Source of the DNA: Dysgonomonas sp.
GTDB lineage: Bacteria; Bacteroidota; Bacteroidia; Bacteroidales; Dysgonomonadaceae
Length of the DNA stretch: 64,000 nt
Reading direction: 5' to 3'
Assembly (NCBI GenBank): GCA_047972895.1
Contig: JBKEBA010000070.1
Location: 50 to 64,049, forward strand
Part shown: piece after piece, positions 8,439-17,485 of the stretch
Layout of the letters: every line of letters starts with the position of its first letter
How positions within the stretch are numbered: the stretch's first letter is position 1
The notes under the pieces: generated by a model
The model's database searches: none
What the model was told of the DNA's origin: nothing
What the model saw: the letters and a program-made list of their open reading frames with translations, nothing else
Position numbers and translations under genes: made by a program

Positions 8439-9194
8439 ATGACACTAACAATACTACTAAAATATTCAAGTGGAGGAGAGGCTGTATTTGTAGGATTATT
8501 GCAAGGCTTACTTATAGCAGGAGTTTTTGGCTTATATTATTGGATAAAAGGCAAGAAGAAAAAGAAAAAAGAGGAAGAAATAATTCCATATTCTAATAAA
8601 ACCCATGTAGCTATAGATATGGAAGCTGAAAAAGAAGAAGAATTAAAAAGGCTTCAAGTTATTGCAAATCAAAAAGAATATGCACAAGATACAGATAGTA
8701 TAATTTCTCAAAAATTAATACAATTAGTAAAAGAACTATCTGATTTGACATCAGAATTAGAAACAGGTAAAAATGAGAAAATGATTACCTGTGAAAGTAA
8801 TATGTTATTTTTTATTCTTGTGTGGTTAGTTTTAGCAGAAGAAACAACTGATAACAGTGAAATACATTCTCTATTTGTACAGAATCTTCCAGATTTTGAA
8901 GATTATATAAAAACTGAATATGAAGGCTTGTTTAGAAGTAATGGTATAGATGCAGATAAATATTTTTCTAATAGAATAGATTTATTTAGGGATGAATTAA
9001 GAAAATATACCCAAAACTCAACCTATGCCTTTCCTAAAGTTACAGCAGCCTTTTATCAAACTCCATTAGAATTGAATCTAAAAGATTACTTTGGAATGGA
9101 AAATCTGTTTATCAGCAACTGTATTCCTGTGTGGAAAGATGCAATGAGGCAACCTGTGAAAATATTATTGGCTTATAAAAACCAAAAAGAATAG
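8439..9194 (+). CDS. Hypothetical single-pass membrane protein with a poly-Lys/Glu juxtamembrane tract
   Basis: TM segment 'AVFVGLLQGLLIAGVFGLYYWI' followed by 'KGKKKKKKEEE'. Starts 3 nt after the lipoprotein stop. Confidence 0.5.
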   Translation: MTLTILLKYSSGGEAVFVGLLQGLLIAGVFGLYYWIKGKKKKKKEEEIIPYSNKTHVAIDMEAEKEEELKRLQVIANQKEYAQDTDSIISQKLIQLVKELSDLTSELETGKNEKMITCESNMLFFILVWLVLAEETTDNSEIHSLFVQNLPDFEDYIKTEYEGLFRSNGIDADKYFSNRIDLFRDELRKYTQNSTYAFPKVTAAFYQTPLELNLKDYFGMENLFISNCIPVWKDAMRQPVKILLAYKNQKE

Positions 9195-9301
9195 AATTTA
9201 TATTCATACAATGAAATAGTAAGTAGTCTTTAATGAAATGTTAAACATTACTTACTATTTTTGTGTAGATAATCAATAGACTAACTGAATATTCTCTGCT
9301 T

Positions 9302-9679
9302 ATGAATTCAGATTTGAAAAAAGATATACTAAAAATTATTTCTGATATTGAATATGATGATACTTCCACATTTGAAAAACTCTATATATATGGCAGTTTA
9401 AATCAAATAATAAAATACTTTGAAAATCTTATTCAGACTAAATATAGAAATAGGTTAAATCGCTATTTAAAAGAATACACAAAAGAGTATTATGTATACA
9501 TAGATGAAATTATTAATCATTATTGCAATGTCTTTAAAGAGAGAGAGTATAAAAACATCTTATTAGAAAAAGAACTAAGGCTTAAAATTATAGATGAAAT
9601 TACACAAGAAATAAAAATAGAGTATATAGGAGAGGATTACTACATAAGTAAAGACTATTATACAAGAAAAAATTATTAA
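9302..9679 (+). CDS. Hypothetical small helical protein (125 aa)
   Basis: Last ORF of the island. Preceded by a bulged hairpin plus T-run at about 9227-9275. Confidence 0.4.
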   Translation: MNSDLKKDILKIISDIEYDDTSTFEKLYIYGSLNQIIKYFENLIQTKYRNRLNRYLKEYTKEYYVYIDEIINHYCNVFKEREYKNILLEKELRLKIIDEITQEIKIEYIGEDYYISKDYYTRKNY

Positions 9680-9804
9680 CCCAACTCCAAATGTTCTCTA
9701 AAATGTTACCAGCCTAAGAAATATTGTTCAAAGCAAGAAGAAATCACCCTGTAAAACACTATTATACAGTCAGATATATTTTTAATAAAATTCAGATTGT
9801 TATT

Positions 9805-9844
9805 CTTTCCAGGCGTGCCTCTTCAACCACTCGAGCACCTTTCC
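9805..9844 (-). pseudogene. 5' half of tRNA-Ser(GGA), truncated immediately after the anticodon loop
   Basis: The minus strand reads 'GGAAAGG TG CTC GAGTGGTTGAA GAG G CACGC CTGGAAA G'. That is the acceptor 5' arm, a 3-bp D-stem with the long Ser-type D-loop, the anticodon stem 5' arm and a loop with anticodon GGA. The next bases ('AATAAC...') cannot close the anticodon stem. Confidence 0.8.
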
Positions 9845-9867
9845 TAGTCCATTGGTTGTAGCGGATG

Positions 9868-9875
9868 CAAAGATA
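9868..9875 (-). promoter_or_regulatory. -7 promoter box TATCTTTG of the (now truncated) tRNA-Ser gene
   Basis: Perfect TAnnTTTG match 23 nt upstream of tRNA position 1 on the minus strand. Confidence 0.5.
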
Positions 9876-9945
9876 AGAGATATTTCGGGATTGACAAGAA
9901 ATAAGAAATAGTATTATTCGGGCATTTCGCCATGAAATTACTAAA

Positions 9946-11178
9946 TCAAGTTTCCTTTGTCAACTTCATTTCACGCTGCCTAATTATGCTTTTACCCAGT
10001 TTTTGGAACGGTTTTTCTATCAATCTATATGTTAAGTAAGATATCCCGACAGTAAGTATAAGAACTATTATATATCTAATTCCCAGATTCAATAAACTCC
10101 CACTTACCGTATCTGTAGATACATAATCTAGAAAATCAAATTTAAATAACCAATGAAGTACAACAAAATGCACTAAATACATACTATAGCTAATTTTCCC
10201 TAAGAACCGGCTTATAAAATTAACAAACAAGACAAATTCCTTTTGAGCTAAAGCATATCCAAGAGCAATGAAGACTATCGAAAATAGGATATGTTGTGAG
10301 TATAATTCACGTCCGGTAGCTATCTGTAATAAAAAACTCAGCGGAAAGAATAAAAGAATCACAGGATGTATTTTCCATTGTTCCTTTGGTGTATAAACAC
10401 TCAAATACTACGGAACAAGTTCCGCAGGTTGAAAGGTAAAAGGATAAATCCTTTTGCGTTAATACCTGTTTGAAAACAGGGGTTTTCTTTTCCCTAACGG
10501 GAAAATTCATCCGATAACTTGAAAAATAAAATATAAAAGGATACCACAAGCAAACACAGGTAGATGGTTAGGCAAGAAATAATACAGATAATCTTTCATC
10601 AAATGGTCGTCACCAAAAGGTATTTCTTTTATTAGAAAAGTGATACTGTGCTGGACTAAGACAGCTATAATAAATGCAATGCAGGCATGATTCAGATTCT
10701 TTATATATTTGAACAGAAACGGAACCATACAATAAAACATCATCTCATTAGTAATAGTCCACCCTCCGGGCACAACAGTATTTATCCAATAAGGACTTAA
10801 GCCATGAAGAAAAAAAGCACTTGAAATCACCGACCATACAGTTACATCAGGATGATAATCCGTCAACAAATATCCTATATACAAACGTTCTATAACATTA
10901 TATGCTATAGCAATATAAAACATAGGAGCAATGCGAAAAAAACGGCGGATAAAGAAATTTGAGTAAACATTGCTCTCTTGCTTAGATCTGTTATCTAGCG
11001 AAAGAAACAATGTAAATGCACTAACAATAAAAAATAATTGAACACCTCGACCACCATTCCCTACAATAGATTGTATAATATCCGGATAGTTATTTGTACC
11101 ATAACCGACACAATGCACCATTAAAACCGCAAGGACAGCAAATCCCCTGAGAGCATCAATATAACCGAGCTTATTCAT
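9946..11178 (-). pseudogene. Acyltransferase family 3 (OafA-like) membrane protein, broken into three frames
   Basis: The N-terminal part (10507-11178, 'MNKLGYIDALRGFAVLAVLMVHC') and the C-terminal part (9946-10404, '...SYSMYLVHFVVLHW') are in different frames. A third frame (10307-10549) bridges them. Confidence 0.6.
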
Positions 11179-11955
11179 TTATGTATCTAACCTGAACAGT
11201 TTCTTTGCGTTTTCCGTAGTAATTTCACCCACTTCCTCTACACTCACATTATATATTTCGGCTAGTTTATCTGCAACTTTTACCGTATATGACGATTCAT
11301 TCCGTTTACCTCTATATGGAACAGGAGCCAGATATGGAGCATCTGTTTCAATAATAATATGTGATAAATCTGTTAGTTTAAGGACGGCCGACAATGTCGA
11401 ATTTTTAAAAGTAACAACACCATTAATACCTAACAAGAAATTATTCAACGATAGAATATCACTTAGTTCCAGTTCCGTTCCACCGAAACTATGGAATACC
11501 CCTCGCAACTTTTCAACACCCACATTTTTTATACATGCTATACATTCCGATATGGCATCGCGCGAATGAATGGCGACAGGTAGATCAAATTCAATACTCC
11601 AACGCAATTGCTCCTCGAAAGCAAGTTTCTGCTCTTTTTCGTATGCCTTATCCCAATATAGGTCTAAACCAACTTCACCAATAGCAATATATTTACGATT
11701 ATTGAATTGTTGTCGAACCAAGTCCAATTGATTAATATAATCACCATCTACACTTGTAGGATGCAGACCCATCATAGGAATACAATAATCATTATACCTA
11801 TCAGACACAGCATGTATCCTCTCTATCGATGCCACATCAATATTAGGCAACAAAATTCTCTCTACGCCGACTCGTTTTGCCCTACCAATAACATCATCCA
11901 GGTCATTTTCGAACTCCTCTGAATAAATATGCGAATGTGTATCAATTATCTTCAC
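11179..11955 (-). CDS. tatD: TatD-family metal-dependent hydrolase/DNase
   Basis: 'IIDTHSHIY', 'GEVGLDLYW', 'PVAIHSRDA' and 'ETDAPYLAP' motifs. Confidence 0.85.
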   Translation of the reverse strand: MKIIDTHSHIYSEEFENDLDDVIGRAKRVGVERILLPNIDVASIERIHAVSDRYNDYCIPMMGLHPTSVDGDYINQLDLVRQQFNNRKYIAIGEVGLDLYWDKAYEKEQKLAFEEQLRWSIEFDLPVAIHSRDAISECIACIKNVGVEKLRGVFHSFGGTELELSDILSLNNFLLGINGVVTFKNSTLSAVLKLTDLSHIIIETDAPYLAPVPYRGKRNESSYTVKVADKLAEIYNVSVEEVGEITTENAKKLFRLDT

Positions 11956-12649
11956 TTTCCAGTTTCTCCCTCTCTTCTTTTCTTAAATAATACACAACGC
12001 CATATTCCTTGCAACGTTCTATTCGCTCTTTATTCGGTAGATTGGCAAACGCAGTTTCTATCTGATTCCAGAGTGTAGCCAAGACATAATCTATATCCTC
12101 ACGCTGCTCACTTAGAACATCCAGCTGGCGTGTAGTCGTATTCTGGTGAGTTTTCTGCGCAAAGTATGCATCTTTGAATTGCGAAAAAGCAACATTTACA
12201 CGTGCTATTGTAGGATTATATATTGGTGCTCCTCCTTGTGCCAGACGAGCCTGCTCTCCTTTTACCATACTATCGCCCCAATAAAGTAGAGAATCATGAC
12301 TAGTAAGATCAGGAACAGTAAAATTTTCAGGTTCGAGATTATACAATTGCTTAAGCTCTTTTTTTATCTCATTACGAACAACGCAAAAGTTTAATACCTG
12401 AATAAAATGAGAGATATATAATCTGGCATTTTTCACAAGTTTCTGAAACTTTCTATTAGCTGAAGCCTGTATATCAAGACTTGAACGATAACGAATCTGG
12501 GCACTCTCAAAATTCCTGAGCATCAACTCGAGTTTAGGTATATCAAACGATATAACATTTTGCCCGAATAGAGAGTTATGTTTCTCTATCGCTGCTCTCA
12601 ACGCCCTTATTCGTGCATTGTCTGTATTAGGTAAACGACGATATGGCAT
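11942..12649 (-). CDS. Conserved hypothetical protein
   Basis: 235-aa ORF overlapping the tatD start by 14 nt, which suggests an operon. No motif recognised. Confidence 0.5.
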   Translation of the reverse strand: MPYRRLPNTDNARIRALRAAIEKHNSLFGQNVISFDIPKLELMLRNFESAQIRYRSSLDIQASANRKFQKLVKNARLYISHFIQVLNFCVVRNEIKKELKQLYNLEPENFTVPDLTSHDSLLYWGDSMVKGEQARLAQGGAPIYNPTIARVNVAFSQFKDAYFAQKTHQNTTTRQLDVLSEQREDIDYVLATLWNQIETAFANLPNKERIERCKEYGVVYYLRKEEREKLESEDN

Positions 12650-12670
12650 AATTATATTTAGTATAAAGGT

Positions 12671-13654
12671 TTAAGATGTACGAGACATCAAATTTACTGC
12701 AAGCTTATACAGTTCTTCTTTTCTTTCATGAGGAACATTCACTTTATCGAGACAACCCACAGCTTTTATATAATAATCATTAATAAGGTCTTCCGACTTC
12801 TTTTTTAAATCCAATTTATTATAGATCTGCGTGACGGCCGCTATTTTCTCTTCCTCCTTTACACCCTCTTTGTTCATCCATGCTATCAATTCATCTCTCG
12901 TTGAATTGTCGGCCAAAGCATTTATCAATAAATATGTTTTTTTATTACAGAGAATATCTCCTCCTATCCTCTTCCCAAAACTGCTACTGTCACCATAAAC
13001 ATCCAGCAAGTCGTCTTTGAGCTGGAAACCTAAGCCTACATTTATACCAAAATCATATAAATTATCAGCATCGGTGGCAGAGGCACCTGCAACAATGGCT
13101 CCTTCTTTCAAAGCGCAGGCCAGCAACACTGCCGTTTTTAATCGGATCATCTCCAAATATTCGGGGATGGTCACATCCAATCGCTCTTCAAATTCCATAT
13201 CGTACTGCTGTCCACAGCAGATTTCAGTCGCCGTTTTAGAAAACAAATCTAAAATTTCCGACAAATATGGAGATTCCGTTTTGGCTATCTCCTTATATGC
13301 TTCTATTAACATCGCATCACCCGAAAGCACAGCTGTATTATCATTCCATTTTATATGAACAGTAGGTTTTCCTCTGCGCATATCCGCTCTGTCCATCAGG
13401 TCATCGTGCAATAATGTGAAATTATGGAATACTTCTATAGCCAATGCAATGGGAATAACCCTATCTACATCGTCTTTATATAAGTTGTGCGACATCAGGA
13501 CGAGCGCAGGACGCACGCGCTTTCCGCCTAAAGAAAGAATATAAGTAATTGGTTCGAAGAGAGAATAAGGTTCTGATTTGTATTCTATTTTGTTAATATT
13601 AGCATTAACTATATCTAATACATTATCAAAAGTATATAATAAATTCATTATCAA
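12671..13654 (-). CDS. Polyprenyl diphosphate synthase (trans-isoprenyl diphosphate synthase family)
   Basis: First and second Asp-rich motifs 'LLHDDLMDRADMRRG' and 'FQLKDDLLDVYGD'. Confidence 0.85.
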   Translation of the reverse strand: MIMNLLYTFDNVLDIVNANINKIEYKSEPYSLFEPITYILSLGGKRVRPALVLMSHNLYKDDVDRVIPIALAIEVFHNFTLLHDDLMDRADMRRGKPTVHIKWNDNTAVLSGDAMLIEAYKEIAKTESPYLSEILDLFSKTATEICCGQQYDMEFEERLDVTIPEYLEMIRLKTAVLLACALKEGAIVAGASATDADNLYDFGINVGLGFQLKDDLLDVYGDSSSFGKRIGGDILCNKKTYLLINALADNSTRDELIAWMNKEGVKEEEKIAAVTQIYNKLDLKKKSEDLINDYYIKAVGCLDKVNVPHERKEELYKLAVNLMSRTS

Positions 13655-13833
13655 GAAGAATTAAAAGTGTTATAACTTTATATAGAACTACGATTTTCGG
13701 CTTACTTACAAATATTCTGTGCGCCTAGCAAAGATAAACTATTCAACACAAAAATCAAAATATTCTAAAATAGAAGATTTTAATTAAAATAATTTCTAAT
13801 TTTATAACCCCTAATGAAAAATTAACTAACGAA

Positions 13834-14823
13834 ATGAGAAACAGTTTTCTAATTATTATTTTTTGCCTGGTGGGATTGCAGGCGTGTGTAACTAAAAAAG
13901 ACACATCCCAAAAACCAATGTCCGGAAACCCTGTATTTGAAGGATGGTATGCCGATCCTGAAGGAATGATTTTCGATAAAAAATACTGGATTTACCCTAC
14001 ATATTCAGCTCTTTATGAAGAACAAGTATATATGGATGCTTATTCTTCTCCTGATCTGGTAAACTGGACAAAACATGAGCATGTGATAGACACTAGCGGT
14101 GTGAAATGGGTAAAAATAGCTATGTGGGCTCCGGCTGTAGTCAAAAAAGATAATAAATACTACATGTTCTTTGGTGGTAATGATATACAAAACAATGATC
14201 AATATGGCGGTATAGGTGTAGCGGTAGCTGACAAACCCGAAGGTCCATTTATAGATCATCTGGGTAAACCGCTTATTGATAAATTTCATAACGGGGCACA
14301 GCCTATCGACCAATATGTATTTCATGACAAGGACGGAAGTTATTATATGTATTACGGTGGATGGAGACATTGTAATGTTGCTAAATTGAATGACGACTTT
14401 ACAGGTTTTGTTCCGTTTGAGGACGGTACAATATTCAAAGAAGTAACTCCTGAAAATTATGTTGAAGGACCATTTATGTTCATCCGTAATGGCAAATACT
14501 ATTTCATGTGGTCAGAAGGAGGCTGGGGAGGCCCAGACTATTCTGTAGCATATGCAATAGCAGATTCTCCATTCGGACCTTTCAAGAGAGTAGGGAAAAT
14601 ATTACAACAAGACGAAAATGTGGCAACTAGCGCAGGCCACCACTCATTAATACACGAACCTAAATCAGATAAGTATTACATCGTGTATCACCGTCGTCCG
14701 TTAGGAGACACAGGACGCGACCATCGTCATACATGTATCGATGAAATGTTCTTCGATGAAGAAGGGTTCATCAAGCCAGTGAAAATAACATTCGAAGGAG
14801 TAGAAGCAAATCCATTAAAATAA
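13834..14823 (+). CDS. Glycoside hydrolase family 43 (xylosidase/arabinofuranosidase-like), lipoprotein
   Basis: 'NPVFEGWYADPEGMIFDKKYWIYPT', 'MWAPAVV' and 'VEGPFMF' are typical GH43 beta-propeller motifs. Signal peptide with Cys. Confidence 0.8.
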   Translation: MRNSFLIIIFCLVGLQACVTKKDTSQKPMSGNPVFEGWYADPEGMIFDKKYWIYPTYSALYEEQVYMDAYSSPDLVNWTKHEHVIDTSGVKWVKIAMWAPAVVKKDNKYYMFFGGNDIQNNDQYGGIGVAVADKPEGPFIDHLGKPLIDKFHNGAQPIDQYVFHDKDGSYYMYYGGWRHCNVAKLNDDFTGFVPFEDGTIFKEVTPENYVEGPFMFIRNGKYYFMWSEGGWGGPDYSVAYAIADSPFGPFKRVGKILQQDENVATSAGHHSLIHEPKSDKYYIVYHRRPLGDTGRDHRHTCIDEMFFDEEGFIKPVKITFEGVEANPLK

Positions 14824-14837
14824 AAATTTATAAAATT

Positions 14838-15980
14838 ATGAAGAAAACCTTTTTTGCAGCGTTAGCTGCATGCCTGATATTCGCTAGTTGCGAAGAAAAG
14901 GCTACTGACAAGCCTACCGAATCGGGTTTGTATAAAAAGAATTTTGAGACGGAATACAAAGGGAAAAAAACTGACCTATATGTATTGACAAACAATGCAG
15001 GTATGGAAGTTTCTATCACAAATCTCGGAGGACGCATCGCATCTATTTTAGTTCCGGATAAAGATGGTAAATTCAGAGATGTAGTAATCGGATTCGATTC
15101 TATACAAGACTACATCAATGTAGAAGGAAACAACTATGGAGCGCTTATCGGCCGCTATGGTAACAGAATAGGACAAGGAACGTTCGAAATTGATGGAGTG
15201 AAATATGACCTACCTAAAAATAATTTCGGACACACACTTCATGGAGGCAACAATGGTTTCCATACTGTAGTTTGGGATGCAAAACAAATTGATGACAATA
15301 TACTTGAGCTTACATATTTGTCGAAGGACGGAGAAGAAGGTTTCCCTGGAAATCTAACTTGTAAGGTAACTTACATTCTTGGAGAGGACAATGCTCTACA
15401 TATAAAATATGAAGCAGAAACTGACAAACCAACTGTTGTAAACTTGACAAACCACTCGTACTTCAACATGGATGGTGATGCTAATCAAAAAAATTCAGAC
15501 TGGTTACTTTATATAAATGCAGATCAATACACTCCTGTTGATTCTACATTTATGACTACAGGCGAAATCCTTACAGTAGAAGGTACAGATATGGACTTCC
15601 GTACTCCTACTGCAATCGGTAAAAGAATTGACAACTATGATTTCGCTCAATTGAAAAACGGTAAAGGTTATGACCACAACTGGGTATTGAATACAGGTGG
15701 AGATATCAGCAAAGTTGCAGCAGTTTTGGAATCACCTAAATCTGGCATTGCTCTTGAAGTATATACTACAGAGCCGGGGGTTCAGTTCTATGCAGGTAAC
15801 TTTATGGATGGAAAAGACACAGGCAAGAAAGGTGTGGCAAACGGTCACCGTGCTGCTGTATGCCTTGAAACTCAAAAATACCCTGACACTCCTAACAAAA
15901 AAGACTGGCCTTCGGCTACGCTTCGTCCGGGAGAAAAATACAATACAGAAACTATCTTCAAATTCGTTGTAAAAAAATAA
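14838..15980 (+). CDS. galM: Aldose 1-epimerase (galactose mutarotase)
   Basis: 'GRYGNRI', 'NNFGHTLHGG' and 'NLTNHSYFN' motifs. Signal peptide/lipobox. Confidence 0.85.
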   Translation: MKKTFFAALAACLIFASCEEKATDKPTESGLYKKNFETEYKGKKTDLYVLTNNAGMEVSITNLGGRIASILVPDKDGKFRDVVIGFDSIQDYINVEGNNYGALIGRYGNRIGQGTFEIDGVKYDLPKNNFGHTLHGGNNGFHTVVWDAKQIDDNILELTYLSKDGEEGFPGNLTCKVTYILGEDNALHIKYEAETDKPTVVNLTNHSYFNMDGDANQKNSDWLLYINADQYTPVDSTFMTTGEILTVEGTDMDFRTPTAIGKRIDNYDFAQLKNGKGYDHNWVLNTGGDISKVAAVLESPKSGIALEVYTTEPGVQFYAGNFMDGKDTGKKGVANGHRAAVCLETQKYPDTPNKKDWPSATLRPGEKYNTETIFKFVVKK

Positions 15981-16049
15981 TAGGAGCATAGTAATGATAA
16001 AAAGAAAGGTATCGAATATTCGATACCTTTCTTTTTATTTCATAGTCGA

Positions 16050-16589
16050 TTAATATTTTGAAGGGGTATACCCTATTAGCTTCTCTAGTTTTTTGACATA
16101 GATATGTAAAAAATATAAAGGTATCAGCCCGAATACACAAAATGAACAATCAATCATCCTCCACCAAAATGGGATGCCGCGTACTGCACCGCAAATCAAC
16201 GCTAATGGCAGCACACCCAAGCAAGCTATGGTACCGAAGTAAATAATCCATTTATTCCTAACCGGCTTTATATAAAGACCAATAAACGCAACTGCAATCA
16301 CCAAATGAGAAAAGGCAAGCCAATCTGTACCATAAGCCATAAAAGGGTAAGCCTCATTTGTATTTACAATAGCATGAGCCACCGTTGCTATCCAGCCATT
16401 GAAACCATTATATGCATCAGACGGCATATCCAAAGAAATACCTAATATCTGACATACAATTCTCACTTCGCTTTCTAACGGAAAAGCTGTCACTCCCCAA
16501 AAGAAAAGGGCAAAAATATAGAAAACAGTCAATGCCCTAATTCTAAATAGTAGCTGGCGTTCTTGTTCTTTATTTTCCATGATTGTCAT
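16050..16589 (-). CDS. Hypothetical integral membrane protein
   Basis: Four or five hydrophobic segments. No family recognised. Confidence 0.5.
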   Translation of the reverse strand: MTIMENKEQERQLLFRIRALTVFYIFALFFWGVTAFPLESEVRIVCQILGISLDMPSDAYNGFNGWIATVAHAIVNTNEAYPFMAYGTDWLAFSHLVIAVAFIGLYIKPVRNKWIIYFGTIACLGVLPLALICGAVRGIPFWWRMIDCSFCVFGLIPLYFLHIYVKKLEKLIGYTPSKY

Positions 16590-17323
16590 TATTTAGTTTT
16601 GGAACCCTTCTTCTTGACTTTTCTCTCTGAATCTGAGTCTTTATTAAAATCGACAGGATTTACTTTGCCCATCAAATCCAGGATTTTGGCTTGCCGACCC
16701 TTTATATATGCAGATGGCCTCGCAGAATTAAATCTTATAGGATTGGGCAAAGTAGCAGCTATCAAAGCACATTCACCTGCAGACAAATTTTTAGCCGATT
16801 TCTTAAAATGCGCTTGTGCCACAGCCTCTGCGCCATAAATATTTTCGCCCATTTCTATCGAATTCAGATAGACCTCCATGATACGTTCTTTACTCCAAAT
16901 CAGCTCTATAAGGAAAGTATAATATACTTCTAACCCCTTTCGTATATATGAACGTCCCGGCCATAAGAACACATTCTTGGCTGTTTGTTGACTAATGGTA
17001 CTGGCTCCACGTTGGCGCCTTCCTCTTTCGGCCTCATCCACTGCCTTCTGAATCTGGTTGAAATCGAATCCCGAATGTTCTAGAAAAAGATTGTCTTCGG
17101 AGGCTACAACAGCCAAAGGGAGCTTTGTGGAAATATCATCTATAGAAACCCATTTATGTTTACATACAACCTTTTTTCCTTCCAACAATTGAGATATATT
17201 ATTCCCGACCATTAGTGGTGTGTAATAAACAGGGATAAATCTGAAAAGAATAACTTGTAAAATACTAAACAGGAATAAAAAGATAATAATTCTCTTTGTC
17301 CACTTCAGAATCTTCTTTATCAT
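16589..17323 (-). CDS. mtgA: Monofunctional biosynthetic peptidoglycan transglycosylase
   Basis: GT51 motifs 'ASEDNLFLEHSGFD', 'GASTISQQTAKN' and 'RKGLEVYYTFLIE'. Confidence 0.85.
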   Translation of the reverse strand: MIKKILKWTKRIIIFLFLFSILQVILFRFIPVYYTPLMVGNNISQLLEGKKVVCKHKWVSIDDISTKLPLAVVASEDNLFLEHSGFDFNQIQKAVDEAERGRRQRGASTISQQTAKNVFLWPGRSYIRKGLEVYYTFLIELIWSKERIMEVYLNSIEMGENIYGAEAVAQAHFKKSAKNLSAGECALIAATLPNPIRFNSARPSAYIKGRQAKILDLMGKVNPVDFNKDSDSERKVKKKGSKTK

Positions 17324-17485
17324 ATATACGTCTTACTTTGAATTACAAAGTTATGAATATAAAATCAATCTATAGTATTTGTAATGCATTAAAATGACGA
17401 GCCGAATCAATTTTATATACCCTCTTATAAAATGCAAAACCGCACTTTACAAGCGCGGTTCTACGTAAGATAAATACGGTAAAGC

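Larger units (their letters stand above)
1..9804. mobile_element. Integrative island (left end outside window), bounded on the right by a truncated tRNA-Ser gene
   Basis: Integrase at the left. Ten same-strand ORFs without housekeeping homology. The DNA is visibly more AT-rich than its flanks. It abuts the tRNA-Ser 5' half at 9805. Confidence 0.7.
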
